From Aquificaceae bacterium (GTDB lineage: Bacteria > Aquificota > Aquificia > Aquificales > Aquificaceae): DNA of 64,000 nucleotides. Of the stretch, positions 55,212-64,000 are shown piece after piece (position 1 is the stretch's first letter; the number at the start of each line of letters is the position of its first letter). The notes beneath the pieces were generated by a model. That model had not been told where the DNA came from. It saw nothing but the letters and a program-made list of their open reading frames with translations, and ran no database searches. Where the stretch lies: contig JAXSMZ010000005.1 of NCBI GenBank assembly GCA_037924335.1, positions 1 to 64,000 of the forward strand. The letters are read 5' to 3'. The position numbers were made by a program, and so were the translations under genes.

Positions 55212-57392
55212 ATGAAAATTTTTATCATAGCCAACAGGCTTCCATTCACTGCTGTGAGAACAAGCGAAGGATTGACCTTAAAGAGATCCCCAGGCGGTTT
55301 AGTTTCTGGGCTTGAAACCTTTATAGAGAAGTCCAAAATAGAGGAATACCTATGGTTTGGATGGCCAGGAACAAACCTAAACAAAAAAGAAATGGACGAA
55401 CTGGGTAAAATCATAAAAGAAAACAACCTTAACTGTGTTGCTGTATCCATACCTGAGAAAAAACTGGATAAATTTTATAACGGCTTTTGCAATAAAACAC
55501 TATGGCCTCTCTTTCATAACCTACCTTCTATGGCTGTTTACGATAAAAACTTTTGGCAGAACTATGTAGAAGTTAACAGAATCTTTCTCAACGCCGTACT
55601 ATCTGAATGGAAGTCAGAAGAGGATATTTACATATGGGTTCATGATTATCATCTTATGCTTTTGCCCAGCATGCTAAGGGAATTTTTGCCCGATGCTAAC
55701 ATAGGTTTTTTCTTACATATTCCCTTTCCACCGTCAGAAACCTTCGCCCAGCTTCCTTGGAGAAAGGAAGTGTTAGAGGGATTGCTAGGAGCAGACCTTG
55801 TGGGCTTTCATACTTACGAGTATACTAACAACTTTATACACAGCGTTTCTAAGGTTTTAGGTTTGGAGCATAATATGGGGACCTTCATTTACAACGATAG
55901 GGTCGTTAAGTCAGACACATTTCCCATGGGGATAGACTACAAGCTTTTTAACTCTGGTGTCAAGGATGCAAAAGAAAGATCCATTGGAATCAAACAGGCT
56001 TTGGGTAATAAGAAGATCATCTTTTCAGTGGACAGATTGGATTACACCAAGGGCATATACAACAGACTATTGGCTTATGAAGATTTTCTGAGCAGACGTC
56101 CAGACCTTCATAGCAAAGTTGTACTTATCCTAAATGTGGTGCCCTCGAGGGAAGGTGTAGAGCAGTATCAAAGAATGAAAAAGCAAATAGAAGAAAAGGT
56201 TTCAGAAATAAACGGAAGGTTCGGGTCTATTGACTGGGTTCCCGTGCTTTACCACTACAGGTCACTTAACTTGGAAGAGCTTGTGGCTCATTACTTAGCA
56301 AGCGATGTAACGTTGGTTACCCCAATAAAGGATGGGATGAACCTTGTAGCAAAAGAATTTGTTGCTTCAAGAAGAGACTTAAAGGGTGTTCTTGTGCTTT
56401 CTGAGTTTGCAGGGAGTGCAAAGGAGCTGGGAGAGGCATTGCTAGTAAATCCAAACTCCATTGAAGAGCTATCAAGGAGTATAGAGGTAGCTCTTGAGAT
56501 GCCATCAGAGGAACAGGAAAGTAGACTGAAAATAATGCAAGAAAGGTTAAGAAGATACAACATCGTAAAGTGGGGAGAGGAGTTTACAGAGGCTCTAAAG
56601 CGTGTAAAGAGGGAGAGAAACAAGCTAAAGGCCAAAGAGTTAAACGAGAGGTTGATGAAGAAGATCGTGGATATCTTCAGGTCTGCAAAAAGGAGAGTGC
56701 TCTTCATAGACTACGATGGTACACTCGTTCCTCTTGCAAGAAGACCCACCATGGCTGCTCCAACTTTAGAAGTTAAGCAAATTCTAAGGAAACTGTCTTT
56801 GGAGGAAAACACTGAGGTAGTGCTAGTATCTGGAAGAAGAAAGGAGGAGTTGAAAGATTGGTTCTCAGATGTACCTGTCAGCTTTATAGCTGAGCATGGA
56901 TGCTGGGTCAAACATAAAGATACAGAATGGATAGCAAAAGCTAACCTTTCTCCAGATATGAGGGGTAAAATAAAGAATGTGATGGAAACGTATGTGGATA
57001 GACTGCCCCAGTCTTTTATTGAAGAGAAAGATTTTACAGTAGCCTTTCATTACAGGAATGCTGACCCAGAGATGGCAGGGTTGAGAGTGACAGAGCTTGT
57101 AGAAGAGCTAAGTATGTTAGTTGCCAATACAGACTTAAACGTACTTTTGGGAAGCAAAGTTGTTGAGGTAAGGCCTGCTGGCATAAACAAGGGGAGCGCA
57201 TCGCTTTCCTTCTGTCAAGACTGCGACTTTGTCATGGCCATAGGTGATGATGTTACCGATGAAGACCTATTTAAGGTCCTACCAGAAAAATCTATAACTG
57301 TAAAGGTTGGACCAGCTCCAACCTTTGCTAGATACACACTCAAGTCCTACAGGGAAACTTTGGACTTTCTATGGCAGCTCGTGGAAGGATGA
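55212..57392 (+). CDS. Bifunctional trehalose-6-phosphate synthase/phosphatase
   Basis: GGLVSG, WVHDYHL, DRLDYTKG, DGMNLVAKE; HAD DYDGTL, GDDVTDEDLF. Confidence 0.95.
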   Translation: MKIFIIANRLPFTAVRTSEGLTLKRSPGGLVSGLETFIEKSKIEEYLWFGWPGTNLNKKEMDELGKIIKENNLNCVAVSIPEKKLDKFYNGFCNKTLWPLFHNLPSMAVYDKNFWQNYVEVNRIFLNAVLSEWKSEEDIYIWVHDYHLMLLPSMLREFLPDANIGFFLHIPFPPSETFAQLPWRKEVLEGLLGADLVGFHTYEYTNNFIHSVSKVLGLEHNMGTFIYNDRVVKSDTFPMGIDYKLFNSGVKDAKERSIGIKQALGNKKIIFSVDRLDYTKGIYNRLLAYEDFLSRRPDLHSKVVLILNVVPSREGVEQYQRMKKQIEEKVSEINGRFGSIDWVPVLYHYRSLNLEELVAHYLASDVTLVTPIKDGMNLVAKEFVASRRDLKGVLVLSEFAGSAKELGEALLVNPNSIEELSRSIEVALEMPSEEQESRLKIMQERLRRYNIVKWGEEFTEALKRVKRERNKLKAKELNERLMKKIVDIFRSAKRRVLFIDYDGTLVPLARRPTMAAPTLEVKQILRKLSLEENTEVVLVSGRRKEELKDWFSDVPVSFIAEHGCWVKHKDTEWIAKANLSPDMRGKIKNVMETYVDRLPQSFIEEKDFTVAFHYRNADPEMAGLRVTELVEELSMLVANTDLNVLLGSKVVEVRPAGINKGSASLSFCQDCDFVMAIGDDVTDEDLFKVLPEKSITVKVGPAPTFARYTLKSYRETLDFLWQLVEG

Positions 57393-58009
57393 AGGAGAGC
57401 TTTCTTTTCAAAACAGAGCTTTGGGTACCTCTATACACAGGCCTAAAGGTTGATAACTTACAGGACTTTATAAGGACTATGAGAACAGTAGATGCCCAGT
57501 CCATACTCTACCACCTTTATATAAACTTCTTTAACTATCACAGCCTTCCATCTTATTACGCTAACAGTTTTGCTTACTGGCTTTACATGAATGGCTACAG
57601 GACACTGGCAGAAAAGATATCTCTCATAGACCCAACTGACTACTTTGACCTTGAGGAAGTAAGGCAGAGCATGCTGGGGATACTGGAAGATTATAAGGAT
57701 GAGAAAGTCAAGGGCACCTTGGAACCCTTTTACTTTATGAGTGTTTATCGGAAGGTCCTTGAAACGGGAGATATAGCAAGAGACATTGATGAGTTCATAC
57801 GGGGATTGAGAAACTCAAGCATAAATTCTATCTTTTACCACCTTATCACTTCAAGGGTTGAGAAAAAAAGACTGATAAACGACTACTCCCAATGGCTCAT
57901 GAACGAAGGGTATGCAAAGAAGGCGGAAGAGATAAGCAAGCTGAACATATACGCTTTTAACCTTTATGAGCTCAAAGAAGAAATACTCAGGATATTGGAG
58001 GAGGGATGA
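57389..58009 (+). CDS. DUF5752 family protein (TreT-associated OrfY-like)
   Basis: Two internal repeats SILYHL..NSFAYW / SIFYHL..NDYSQW. Confidence 0.75.
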   Translation: MKESFLFKTELWVPLYTGLKVDNLQDFIRTMRTVDAQSILYHLYINFFNYHSLPSYYANSFAYWLYMNGYRTLAEKISLIDPTDYFDLEEVRQSMLGILEDYKDEKVKGTLEPFYFMSVYRKVLETGDIARDIDEFIRGLRNSSINSIFYHLITSRVEKKRLINDYSQWLMNEGYAKKAEEISKLNIYAFNLYELKEEILRILEEG

Positions 58010-59253
58010 TAGAGGCCTATGCACCGTATACGAACGAAGAAACCATCAGAGAGCTTGAACTTCTTGCAAAGGAACTTAAAGATATAAAGGTCTTGCATGT
58101 GAACTCAACAAAGGAAGGCGGAGGGGTTGCAGAGATACTAACAAGGCTTGTACCCCTTATGAACGAGCTTGGAATAAAAACAGATTGGAAGGTGATAAAG
58201 GGGGATGAAGAGTTCTTCAGAACTACCAAGAAGATCCACAACCTTTTGCACATGCCACAACAGGAAACCTTAGAAAGCTCCGACCTGATAAATTACCTAA
58301 GGACCACTTACGAGAATCTGAATCTAATAGATACGGAGAACTACGACGTTGTCTTCATACATGACCCACAACCCATGGGTCTTGTGGTAAAAAAACAAAA
58401 GGGTCAGAGGTGGCTCTGGAGGTGCCACATAGATACATCAACGCCAGACCAAAAAGCATGGGAGTTTATAGAAGGCTTTTTGAATGCTTACGATGCTGCC
58501 GTCTTTCACATACCTGAGTTTGTCTACAGAGGAGTTAAAATACCAGCCTTTGTAATACCCCCATCCATAGACCCCATTCACCCAAAGAACATGGAGCTTA
58601 AAGAGGAGCAAAGCAAAGATATTCTCGAAAGACTTGGAATAGACAGTAGAAAACCCATGCTTTTGCAAGTGTCCCGATTTGATAGGTTGAAGGACCCTTT
58701 GGGGTTTTATCAAGCTTACAAGCTTGTGAAGAAAAAGTACGACTGTAGTTTTGTACTGGCTGGATCCTTTGCCCCTGATGACCCAGAGGGTCAAGAGGTG
58801 TACACAGAGGTGCTAAACGCTGCTGTTGGGGATAAGGACGTCCATGTTCTAAACCTTCCACCCACAAGTCATGTGGAGATAAACGCCCTACAGAGGTCAG
58901 CTACAGTTGTCTTTCAGAAATCTATAAGGGAAGGTTTTGGTCTTGTAGTGTCAGAGGCTATGTGGAAAAGAAAGGCGGTTATAGGGGGAAACACGGGTGG
59001 GATAAGAAGGCAGATAGTAGATGGGCTCACTGGTTATTTGGTGAACACTGTTGAAGGTGCTGCTTTTAGAGCCAAACATTTACTTGCCGATAGAAGTCTG
59101 AGAGAAGTCCTTGGGGAGAATGCCAAAGAGAGAGTTAGACACAGGTTTTTGATAACAAGGCATCTAAAGGATTGGCTTCTTCTCATGAGCTTCCTTCTTG
59201 GGAGTTCACAAATAGGCACGGGCGGACTCGAACCGCCGACCTCCGCCTTGTAA
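58006..59253 (+). CDS. treT: TreT-like trehalose glycosyltransferring synthase (GT4)
   Basis: HVNSTKEGGGVAEIL, IHDPQP, WRCHID, QVSRFD..KDP, EGFGLVVSEAMWK. Confidence 0.85.
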   Translation: MIEAYAPYTNEETIRELELLAKELKDIKVLHVNSTKEGGGVAEILTRLVPLMNELGIKTDWKVIKGDEEFFRTTKKIHNLLHMPQQETLESSDLINYLRTTYENLNLIDTENYDVVFIHDPQPMGLVVKKQKGQRWLWRCHIDTSTPDQKAWEFIEGFLNAYDAAVFHIPEFVYRGVKIPAFVIPPSIDPIHPKNMELKEEQSKDILERLGIDSRKPMLLQVSRFDRLKDPLGFYQAYKLVKKKYDCSFVLAGSFAPDDPEGQEVYTEVLNAAVGDKDVHVLNLPPTSHVEINALQRSATVVFQKSIREGFGLVVSEAMWKRKAVIGGNTGGIRRQIVDGLTGYLVNTVEGAAFRAKHLLADRSLREVLGENAKERVRHRFLITRHLKDWLLLMSFLLGSSQIGTGGLEPPTSAL

Positions 59254-59285
59254 GGGCGGCGCTCTCCCAACTGAGCTACGCGCCT
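59213..59285 (-). tRNA. tRNA-Val(TAC), no encoded CCA
   Basis: AGGCGCG-TAGCTCAGTTGGGAGAGC-G-CCGCC CT TAC AA GGCGG-AGGTC-GGCGGTTCGAGTCCGCC-CGTGCCT-A, 73 nt. Confidence 0.95.
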
Positions 59286-59307
59286 TGAGGTACATTATAG
59301 CATGAAT

Positions 59308-60747
59308 TTAATCTCTATAAACTCTCAGTATTTCCTCACAGGTTGTTATACCGTCTACAGCCTTCAGAAGACCATCTCTTAAAAGGGGCACCATTCCATC
59401 CTTCATAGCCTGATCCCTTATCCTGTTGGCATCAGACCTCTTTACAATAAGACTCCTTATGCTCTCCCCAACGTTTAGAACCTCACCTATGACAGTCCTA
59501 CCCAAGTATCCCGTACGATTACATCTATCGCATCCTTCCCCTTTATAAAGTTTCTCGGGTATGTCTATGCCGTTACTTTTTAAGAGTTCTTTCTCAAGGA
59601 GTGTAGGCGTATACTCCAGCTTACAGTAAGGACATATCTTCCTAACGAGCCTCTGAGATATAACACCAATAACTGCAGAGGCTAAAAGGAACTCCTCAAC
59701 ACCCATGTCTATAAGTCTTGTAAAGGCACTGGCAGCATCGTTGGTATGCAGTGTGGCAAGAACCAAATGACCCGTTAATGATGCCTGTACAGCTATAGTT
59801 GCCGTTTCAATGTCCCTTATCTCACCTATCATTATCACATCTGGGTCTTGTCTGAGTATATTTCTCAAAGCATTAGCAAATGTAAGACCTATCTTTGGCA
59901 TAACCTGTATCTGTACGACCTCCTTAAGGTTGTACTCAACAGGGTCCTCAACGGTTATTATCTTCTTTTCTCCAGTGTTTATCTCCTTCATACATGCGTA
60001 AAGGGTAGTTGTCTTACCAGACCCAGTAGGTCCAGTTACCAATAGCATGCCATACGGTTTTTTTATGAAGGACCTGAGAGCATCCACATCCTTATCCCTA
60101 AATCCAAGGGTATCAAGGCTAAGGTTTACTTCCCCCCTTTTTAGTATTCTGAGAACAGCCCCTTCTCCATGCACCGAAGGAACTGTAGACACTCTTATAT
60201 CGTAATCCAGACCGTTTAGGGAATAGGAGAACTTTCCATCTTGGGGTAACCTTTTCTCTGCGATGTTTAGCCTTGATAGGATCTTTATTCTTGATATAAC
60301 GGGTGGGGCTATGTATTTGGGATACTCTCTTATTTTGTAAAGTATTCCATCTATCCTGTACCTTATAGTCACAGTGTTTTCAAACTGTTCTATGTGTATG
60401 TCCGTTGCTGACTTCATGATGGCATCCTTAAGAACATCGTTGACAAACTTCACTATCGGTGCTTCTTCTGCAATGTTCTCAAGCTTTCTTTCATCCAAAG
60501 CATCCTCGGAGAGGGCTTCAAGCTCAAGGCCTATGCTTATAGGGTCTTCCAGAAGGCTCTTTAACTTTTCTTCATCAACAAGCTCAAAAGAGACCCTCTT
60601 GCCTAAGGTTTTTTGCAGTATTTCCTTAAGGTACTCATCCTCCTCAATGCATGCGAACTTGACAAAATCTTCCCCTTCTTCCAGCGGAGCTATGTTATTA
60701 GCAGCTAAAAACTCGTGGTTTATGGAGCTCTTTACTGTGATATCCAT
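59308..60747 (-). CDS. GspE/PilB family secretion ATPase
   Basis: AEKRLPQDG, GPTGSGKTT, TVEDPVE, LRQDPD, TGHL, Zn tetra-Cys. Confidence 0.93.
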   Translation of the reverse strand: MDITVKSSINHEFLAANNIAPLEEGEDFVKFACIEEDEYLKEILQKTLGKRVSFELVDEEKLKSLLEDPISIGLELEALSEDALDERKLENIAEEAPIVKFVNDVLKDAIMKSATDIHIEQFENTVTIRYRIDGILYKIREYPKYIAPPVISRIKILSRLNIAEKRLPQDGKFSYSLNGLDYDIRVSTVPSVHGEGAVLRILKRGEVNLSLDTLGFRDKDVDALRSFIKKPYGMLLVTGPTGSGKTTTLYACMKEINTGEKKIITVEDPVEYNLKEVVQIQVMPKIGLTFANALRNILRQDPDVIMIGEIRDIETATIAVQASLTGHLVLATLHTNDAASAFTRLIDMGVEEFLLASAVIGVISQRLVRKICPYCKLEYTPTLLEKELLKSNGIDIPEKLYKGEGCDRCNRTGYLGRTVIGEVLNVGESIRSLIVKRSDANRIRDQAMKDGMVPLLRDGLLKAVDGITTCEEILRVYRD

Positions 60748-61307
60748 ACCTTGTACACTTCTAACTCTATATAGTATGTACTAGGGTTCGTTGGATTGTC
60801 AACACCGAGTTTAAGATAGTCTATCATAACCCCCCTTGACTCTACAGATTTTACAAACCTCAGGATGCTTTCTATGCTTGTGGATTCGTAATTTGCCTTT
60901 AACTTAACCTTCTTTACCCCTTGAATGTCTTGAGTTGGCGATTGGGATAAGGATTTTTCAACGAGTCCGTACCTTTTTGCCTCTTCTTCTACAGAAGCCT
61001 TGAGCTTTTCGAATGCGGATGTCTCATTACCTCCAAGGTATGTCTTATCTTTGAGCCCTTCAAGATTTTTTCTCAGGCTCTCATCATCTTTTAATAAAGC
61101 CTTCAGCCCCTCTGCCTTTCTCCTGTAATCCTCTAAGACCTTTTTCCTTTCCTCGTACGCACTCTTTAGCTCTTCTCTCTTTTTCTTGTACGGTATGTAA
61201 AGGGCATAGATTAAAGATAAAGTCAAACCAAAAAGTATGACAAAAGGTAGGTACGAGAGAACCCTTTTTGCGTACGAAGACCTAAGAAGATGTGTAAGTA
61301 GCCTCAT
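60732..61307 (-). CDS. GspM/PilO-like assembly protein
   Basis: TM, coiled coil, ferredoxin-like C-terminus; between secretin and ATPase. Confidence 0.6.
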   Translation of the reverse strand: MRLLTHLLRSSYAKRVLSYLPFVILFGLTLSLIYALYIPYKKKREELKSAYEERKKVLEDYRRKAEGLKALLKDDESLRKNLEGLKDKTYLGGNETSAFEKLKASVEEEAKRYGLVEKSLSQSPTQDIQGVKKVKLKANYESTSIESILRFVKSVESRGVMIDYLKLGVDNPTNPSTYYIELEVYKVWISQ

Positions 61308-63394
61308 TCTTCCTTTATCAGTTGCTTCAAGTGTTTTAATTTCCTCTCAAAGGAGTCCCTTACGTTTTCCGTTCCCTCAGGAGTTGTTACCACGCTTGCC
61401 TTCAAAAGCAGTATGAGCTCAGTATTGGAGGAGGAAGTCTTCTCGTTGCTAAATAGTATACCGATCCCTGGTATATCTGAAAGCACTGGAACCCCAGATT
61501 TTTGCCTCTCTTCTCTATTTTGGATTATTCCACCTAACAATCCCACTTGGTCGCTTCTCAATATTAGGGTTGTGGTTGCAGACCTCTTTGTTATAACAGG
61601 TGATGTTAGCTCAGGTTGTACAGTATTCTTAACTGCATCGCTCACTTCCTGTGTTATCTTTAGAGTTACAGAGTTATCTGCACTGACGGTTGGCTTTACC
61701 TTTAGTATAACACCAGTAGGTCTGTACTGAACCGTGTTCTGAACGTTTATAGTCCCACCTGTTACTGGAACTACCTGCTGCGTTAGTATGGGAACCTCTG
61801 CCCCCACTTCAATGCTAGCCTCTTCGTTATCTTTCACGAATATGTGCGGTGCGGAAAGTACTCTCAGAGATGTTTTCGATGCAAGGAAGTTAAGTATACC
61901 CCTTATATCGTTGTTTTTATTGAATATTATGGTCTTAAAGCCCTGAAGAGTATCTGCCTGTGGTATGAGACCGAACGATGTCCCTACCGTAAAGCTTGTA
62001 CTATCTAAGAATCCCTTGAGAAGTCCTTCAATACCGTACTGGAGTCCTTTTCCAAGAGATACCTCAGCTATAACCATCTCTATAAGGACCTGCTTGGGAA
62101 CAGTATCCAGCTCTCTGAGAAGAGACTTTATAATTTCAAACTCAATGGGAGTTGCCTTTATTATCAATGTATTGGTTGACTTGTCTGCAACTATGTTTCC
62201 TACCTTTACTATCTTCTTCTCCTCCTTGGCCTTTTCCTTTGTCTTCTCTTCTACCACGGTTGGAGCTTCTTCTTTCTTCTGAGCTTTTTCTGCCGTTGGC
62301 CCTGCACTTGGCTGCTTCGGCTGAGTGGGTTCTGGTGCCTTTGGAGCCTCCTGAATACTTATAGGTTCAGTTACCTGTCTTTGAGTTTGTACCGATACCC
62401 CTATCCCAGCCTCAAAGATACCAAGAGCGTTTAAGAGCTGAGCGGTGTTTTCGGCATCAAGGAAGTTAAGCTTGTATATGTAAAGTTCCCTCTTTGTCCC
62501 AGCAGCCGTTTCTTCTAGCACATCTATCCATCTTTTTATATCCTCAAAAAGGGTAGCATCCTTTGAAACTACCACAACCATATTCTCTTTCTCGAGGCTA
62601 TCTATGGCAGAATCTGCATCCGTTTTACCAAGTAGGTTGAGAATTTTCCTTATACTGTTCTTTATCTGTTCCGCATCAACCCTTGTCCTTATAAAAGCTA
62701 TCCTCTTATCTCTGTAAAAAGGTGTATCTATTTCGGCGAGAAGCCTTCTTAATCTATCAAGCTTTTCTTTGTAATCTATAACCACAAGAAACTTAGGTTG
62801 GACTATAACCTTCCCAGATGGGGAGAGAAAAGCAGAGAGAGCCTGAGAAAGGGCAGATGGTGAAGCATTCTCTGGAGAGTAAACGAGAGCTGATACATTT
62901 TTCCCAAGGGGTGACTTGCCTGTGGGTAATACACGCACTAAGCCTTTATCTATGGATACGCTGTAACCATAGTAGGACAGTATATCCTGCGTATAGTTTA
63001 TAACTTCTTCCTTTGTTAGGTTGTTGACATGAATGGAAACCTTTTGGTTTAAACCCTCTGGAGCTATGTAAGATACGTTTAGGATCTTATAAAAAACTTC
63101 ATTTAAAAGCTCAGAAATGGTTATATCATCAAAATGTATACTAATACTTCCCTTCTTTTCAGGAGCTTTTTCTTGTTCTTTCTCCTCATATGCCTTTTCA
63201 AATAAGACTTTATCCTCCTTTTTTACATCTAATATCTCCATATTTTCCTTATTCTTTGTAGTATCTTCTATCTCTTTTTTGTTTGTGATCATATATGTTT
63301 CTTCATAACCACTTACTGTTTGAGCACAGGAAGAAATTAAAAAGGAGAATGATAGGTACAGCGATACACTCCTCACTCTCTTTATAAAGTGCAT
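61304..63394 (-). CDS. Secretin (GspD-like), probable lipoprotein
   Basis: ISSC lipobox, ADKSTNTLII, QVLIEMVIAEV, SGVPVLSDIPGIGILF. Confidence 0.9.
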   Translation of the reverse strand: MHFIKRVRSVSLYLSFSFLISSCAQTVSGYEETYMITNKKEIEDTTKNKENMEILDVKKEDKVLFEKAYEEKEQEKAPEKKGSISIHFDDITISELLNEVFYKILNVSYIAPEGLNQKVSIHVNNLTKEEVINYTQDILSYYGYSVSIDKGLVRVLPTGKSPLGKNVSALVYSPENASPSALSQALSAFLSPSGKVIVQPKFLVVIDYKEKLDRLRRLLAEIDTPFYRDKRIAFIRTRVDAEQIKNSIRKILNLLGKTDADSAIDSLEKENMVVVVSKDATLFEDIKRWIDVLEETAAGTKRELYIYKLNFLDAENTAQLLNALGIFEAGIGVSVQTQRQVTEPISIQEAPKAPEPTQPKQPSAGPTAEKAQKKEEAPTVVEEKTKEKAKEEKKIVKVGNIVADKSTNTLIIKATPIEFEIIKSLLRELDTVPKQVLIEMVIAEVSLGKGLQYGIEGLLKGFLDSTSFTVGTSFGLIPQADTLQGFKTIIFNKNNDIRGILNFLASKTSLRVLSAPHIFVKDNEEASIEVGAEVPILTQQVVPVTGGTINVQNTVQYRPTGVILKVKPTVSADNSVTLKITQEVSDAVKNTVQPELTSPVITKRSATTTLILRSDQVGLLGGIIQNREERQKSGVPVLSDIPGIGILFSNEKTSSSNTELILLLKASVVTTPEGTENVRDSFERKLKHLKQLIKEE

Positions 63395-63431
63395 TCAAAA
63401 ATTATACTATAACTTTGGGCTATAATCAGAT

Positions 63432-64000
63432 ATGGTGAAGAGGTTCTTCCTTTCTTTTGGAATAGCGTTGCTCTTTCTCTTTATCTTTCTAAAGTATGTT
63501 CCTATAAAAGAGGTACTTAATGAATTTATGTCTCTATCACCCTCAAACCTCATCATGGCTTTTGTTTTTTACACAGCGAGCCAGGTTGTGAGAAGTATAA
63601 GATGGTTACCTCTATTAAAAGGCTTTAATCTATATCAGGTTTACCTTATAAACAGTGCTAACATATTTCTTAATAACCTACTTCCTGCAAGAACTGGAGA
63701 GCTAAGTTGGTTTTACTATGCCAACAGGCTTGGTATTTCCTTTAAAGCATCTCTATGGGCTTTTTTTGTAGGTAGATTTTTTGACCTATTCGCTATGCTT
63801 TTTATGACCATCTTTATATACTATCTCCTTCATATTACCTTATGGTACCTCCTTCTCTTTATTCCGTTACCCTTTTTGCTTCATAAGATGTACCTTCTCT
63901 TACCACCCTTTGGAAAGCTAAAGGGTATAAGGGAGTATGCGGAGAAAAACGTTGACTTCTGGCTTTCCCTATACCTATTTTTTTGCTCTGTTACGTCTGT
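63432..64000 (+). CDS. UPF0104 / lysylphosphatidylglycerol synthase TM-domain (flippase-like) protein, runs off window end
   Basis: Own translation MVKRFFLSFG...VRSIRW...NNLLPARTGEL...GRFFDL. Confidence 0.8.
   Translation, partial: MVKRFFLSFGIALLFLFIFLKYVPIKEVLNEFMSLSPSNLIMAFVFYTASQVVRSIRWLPLLKGFNLYQVYLINSANIFLNNLLPARTGELSWFYYANRLGISFKASLWAFFVGRFFDLFAMLFMTIFIYYLLHITLWYLLLFIPLPFLLHKMYLLLPPFGKLKGIREYAEKNVDFWLSLYLFFCSVTS

Noticed and set aside
55128..59285. Intact integrative element at tRNA-Val
   Set aside because: No integrase and no duplicated tRNA 3' end found by eye

Overview
Gene-dense, ~42% GC (estimated by eye) chromosomal window of a bacterium, most likely a thermophile of the Aquificaceae (inferred from gene content, scattered operons and protein character; no search was run). 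Most of it is housekeeping: rph, atpG/atpD, eno, moeA, proC, serS, a type IIA topoisomerase A subunit, dnaX, aroK, rnr, rpmI, leuA, polX, hfq-hflX, purA, folE, lpxI, ribBA and guaA, plus T2SS/pilus genes, tRNA-Ser(TGA) and tRNA-Val(TAC). The standout is an ~11 kb block (16.7-28.0 kb). It holds (i) a ferrosome (fez)-like cluster: an HMA+GxxxG protein, two small GxxxG proteins and a P1B-6-like ATPase with an atypical DYHTG/NNGTT membrane site, followed by small ORFs and an SCP2 protein; (ii) a divergent MglB-MglA-HEAT/Zn-ribbon module; and (iii) a deacetylase/PHP-GT4/GT4/PsiE operon. Four promoters in this block share a CTTAAY-N5-CTTAAY direct-repeat box, suggesting one OmpR/PhoB-type regulon. 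Other finds: two relics of one IS982-like element (a ~99 bp MITE, and a 414 bp deleted copy flanked by a 25 bp direct repeat), a GC-rich relic of a SNF2 defence-type helicase, a solo Cas4-like nuclease, and a trehalose cluster (TPS/TPP, DUF5752, TreT) abutting tRNA-Val.
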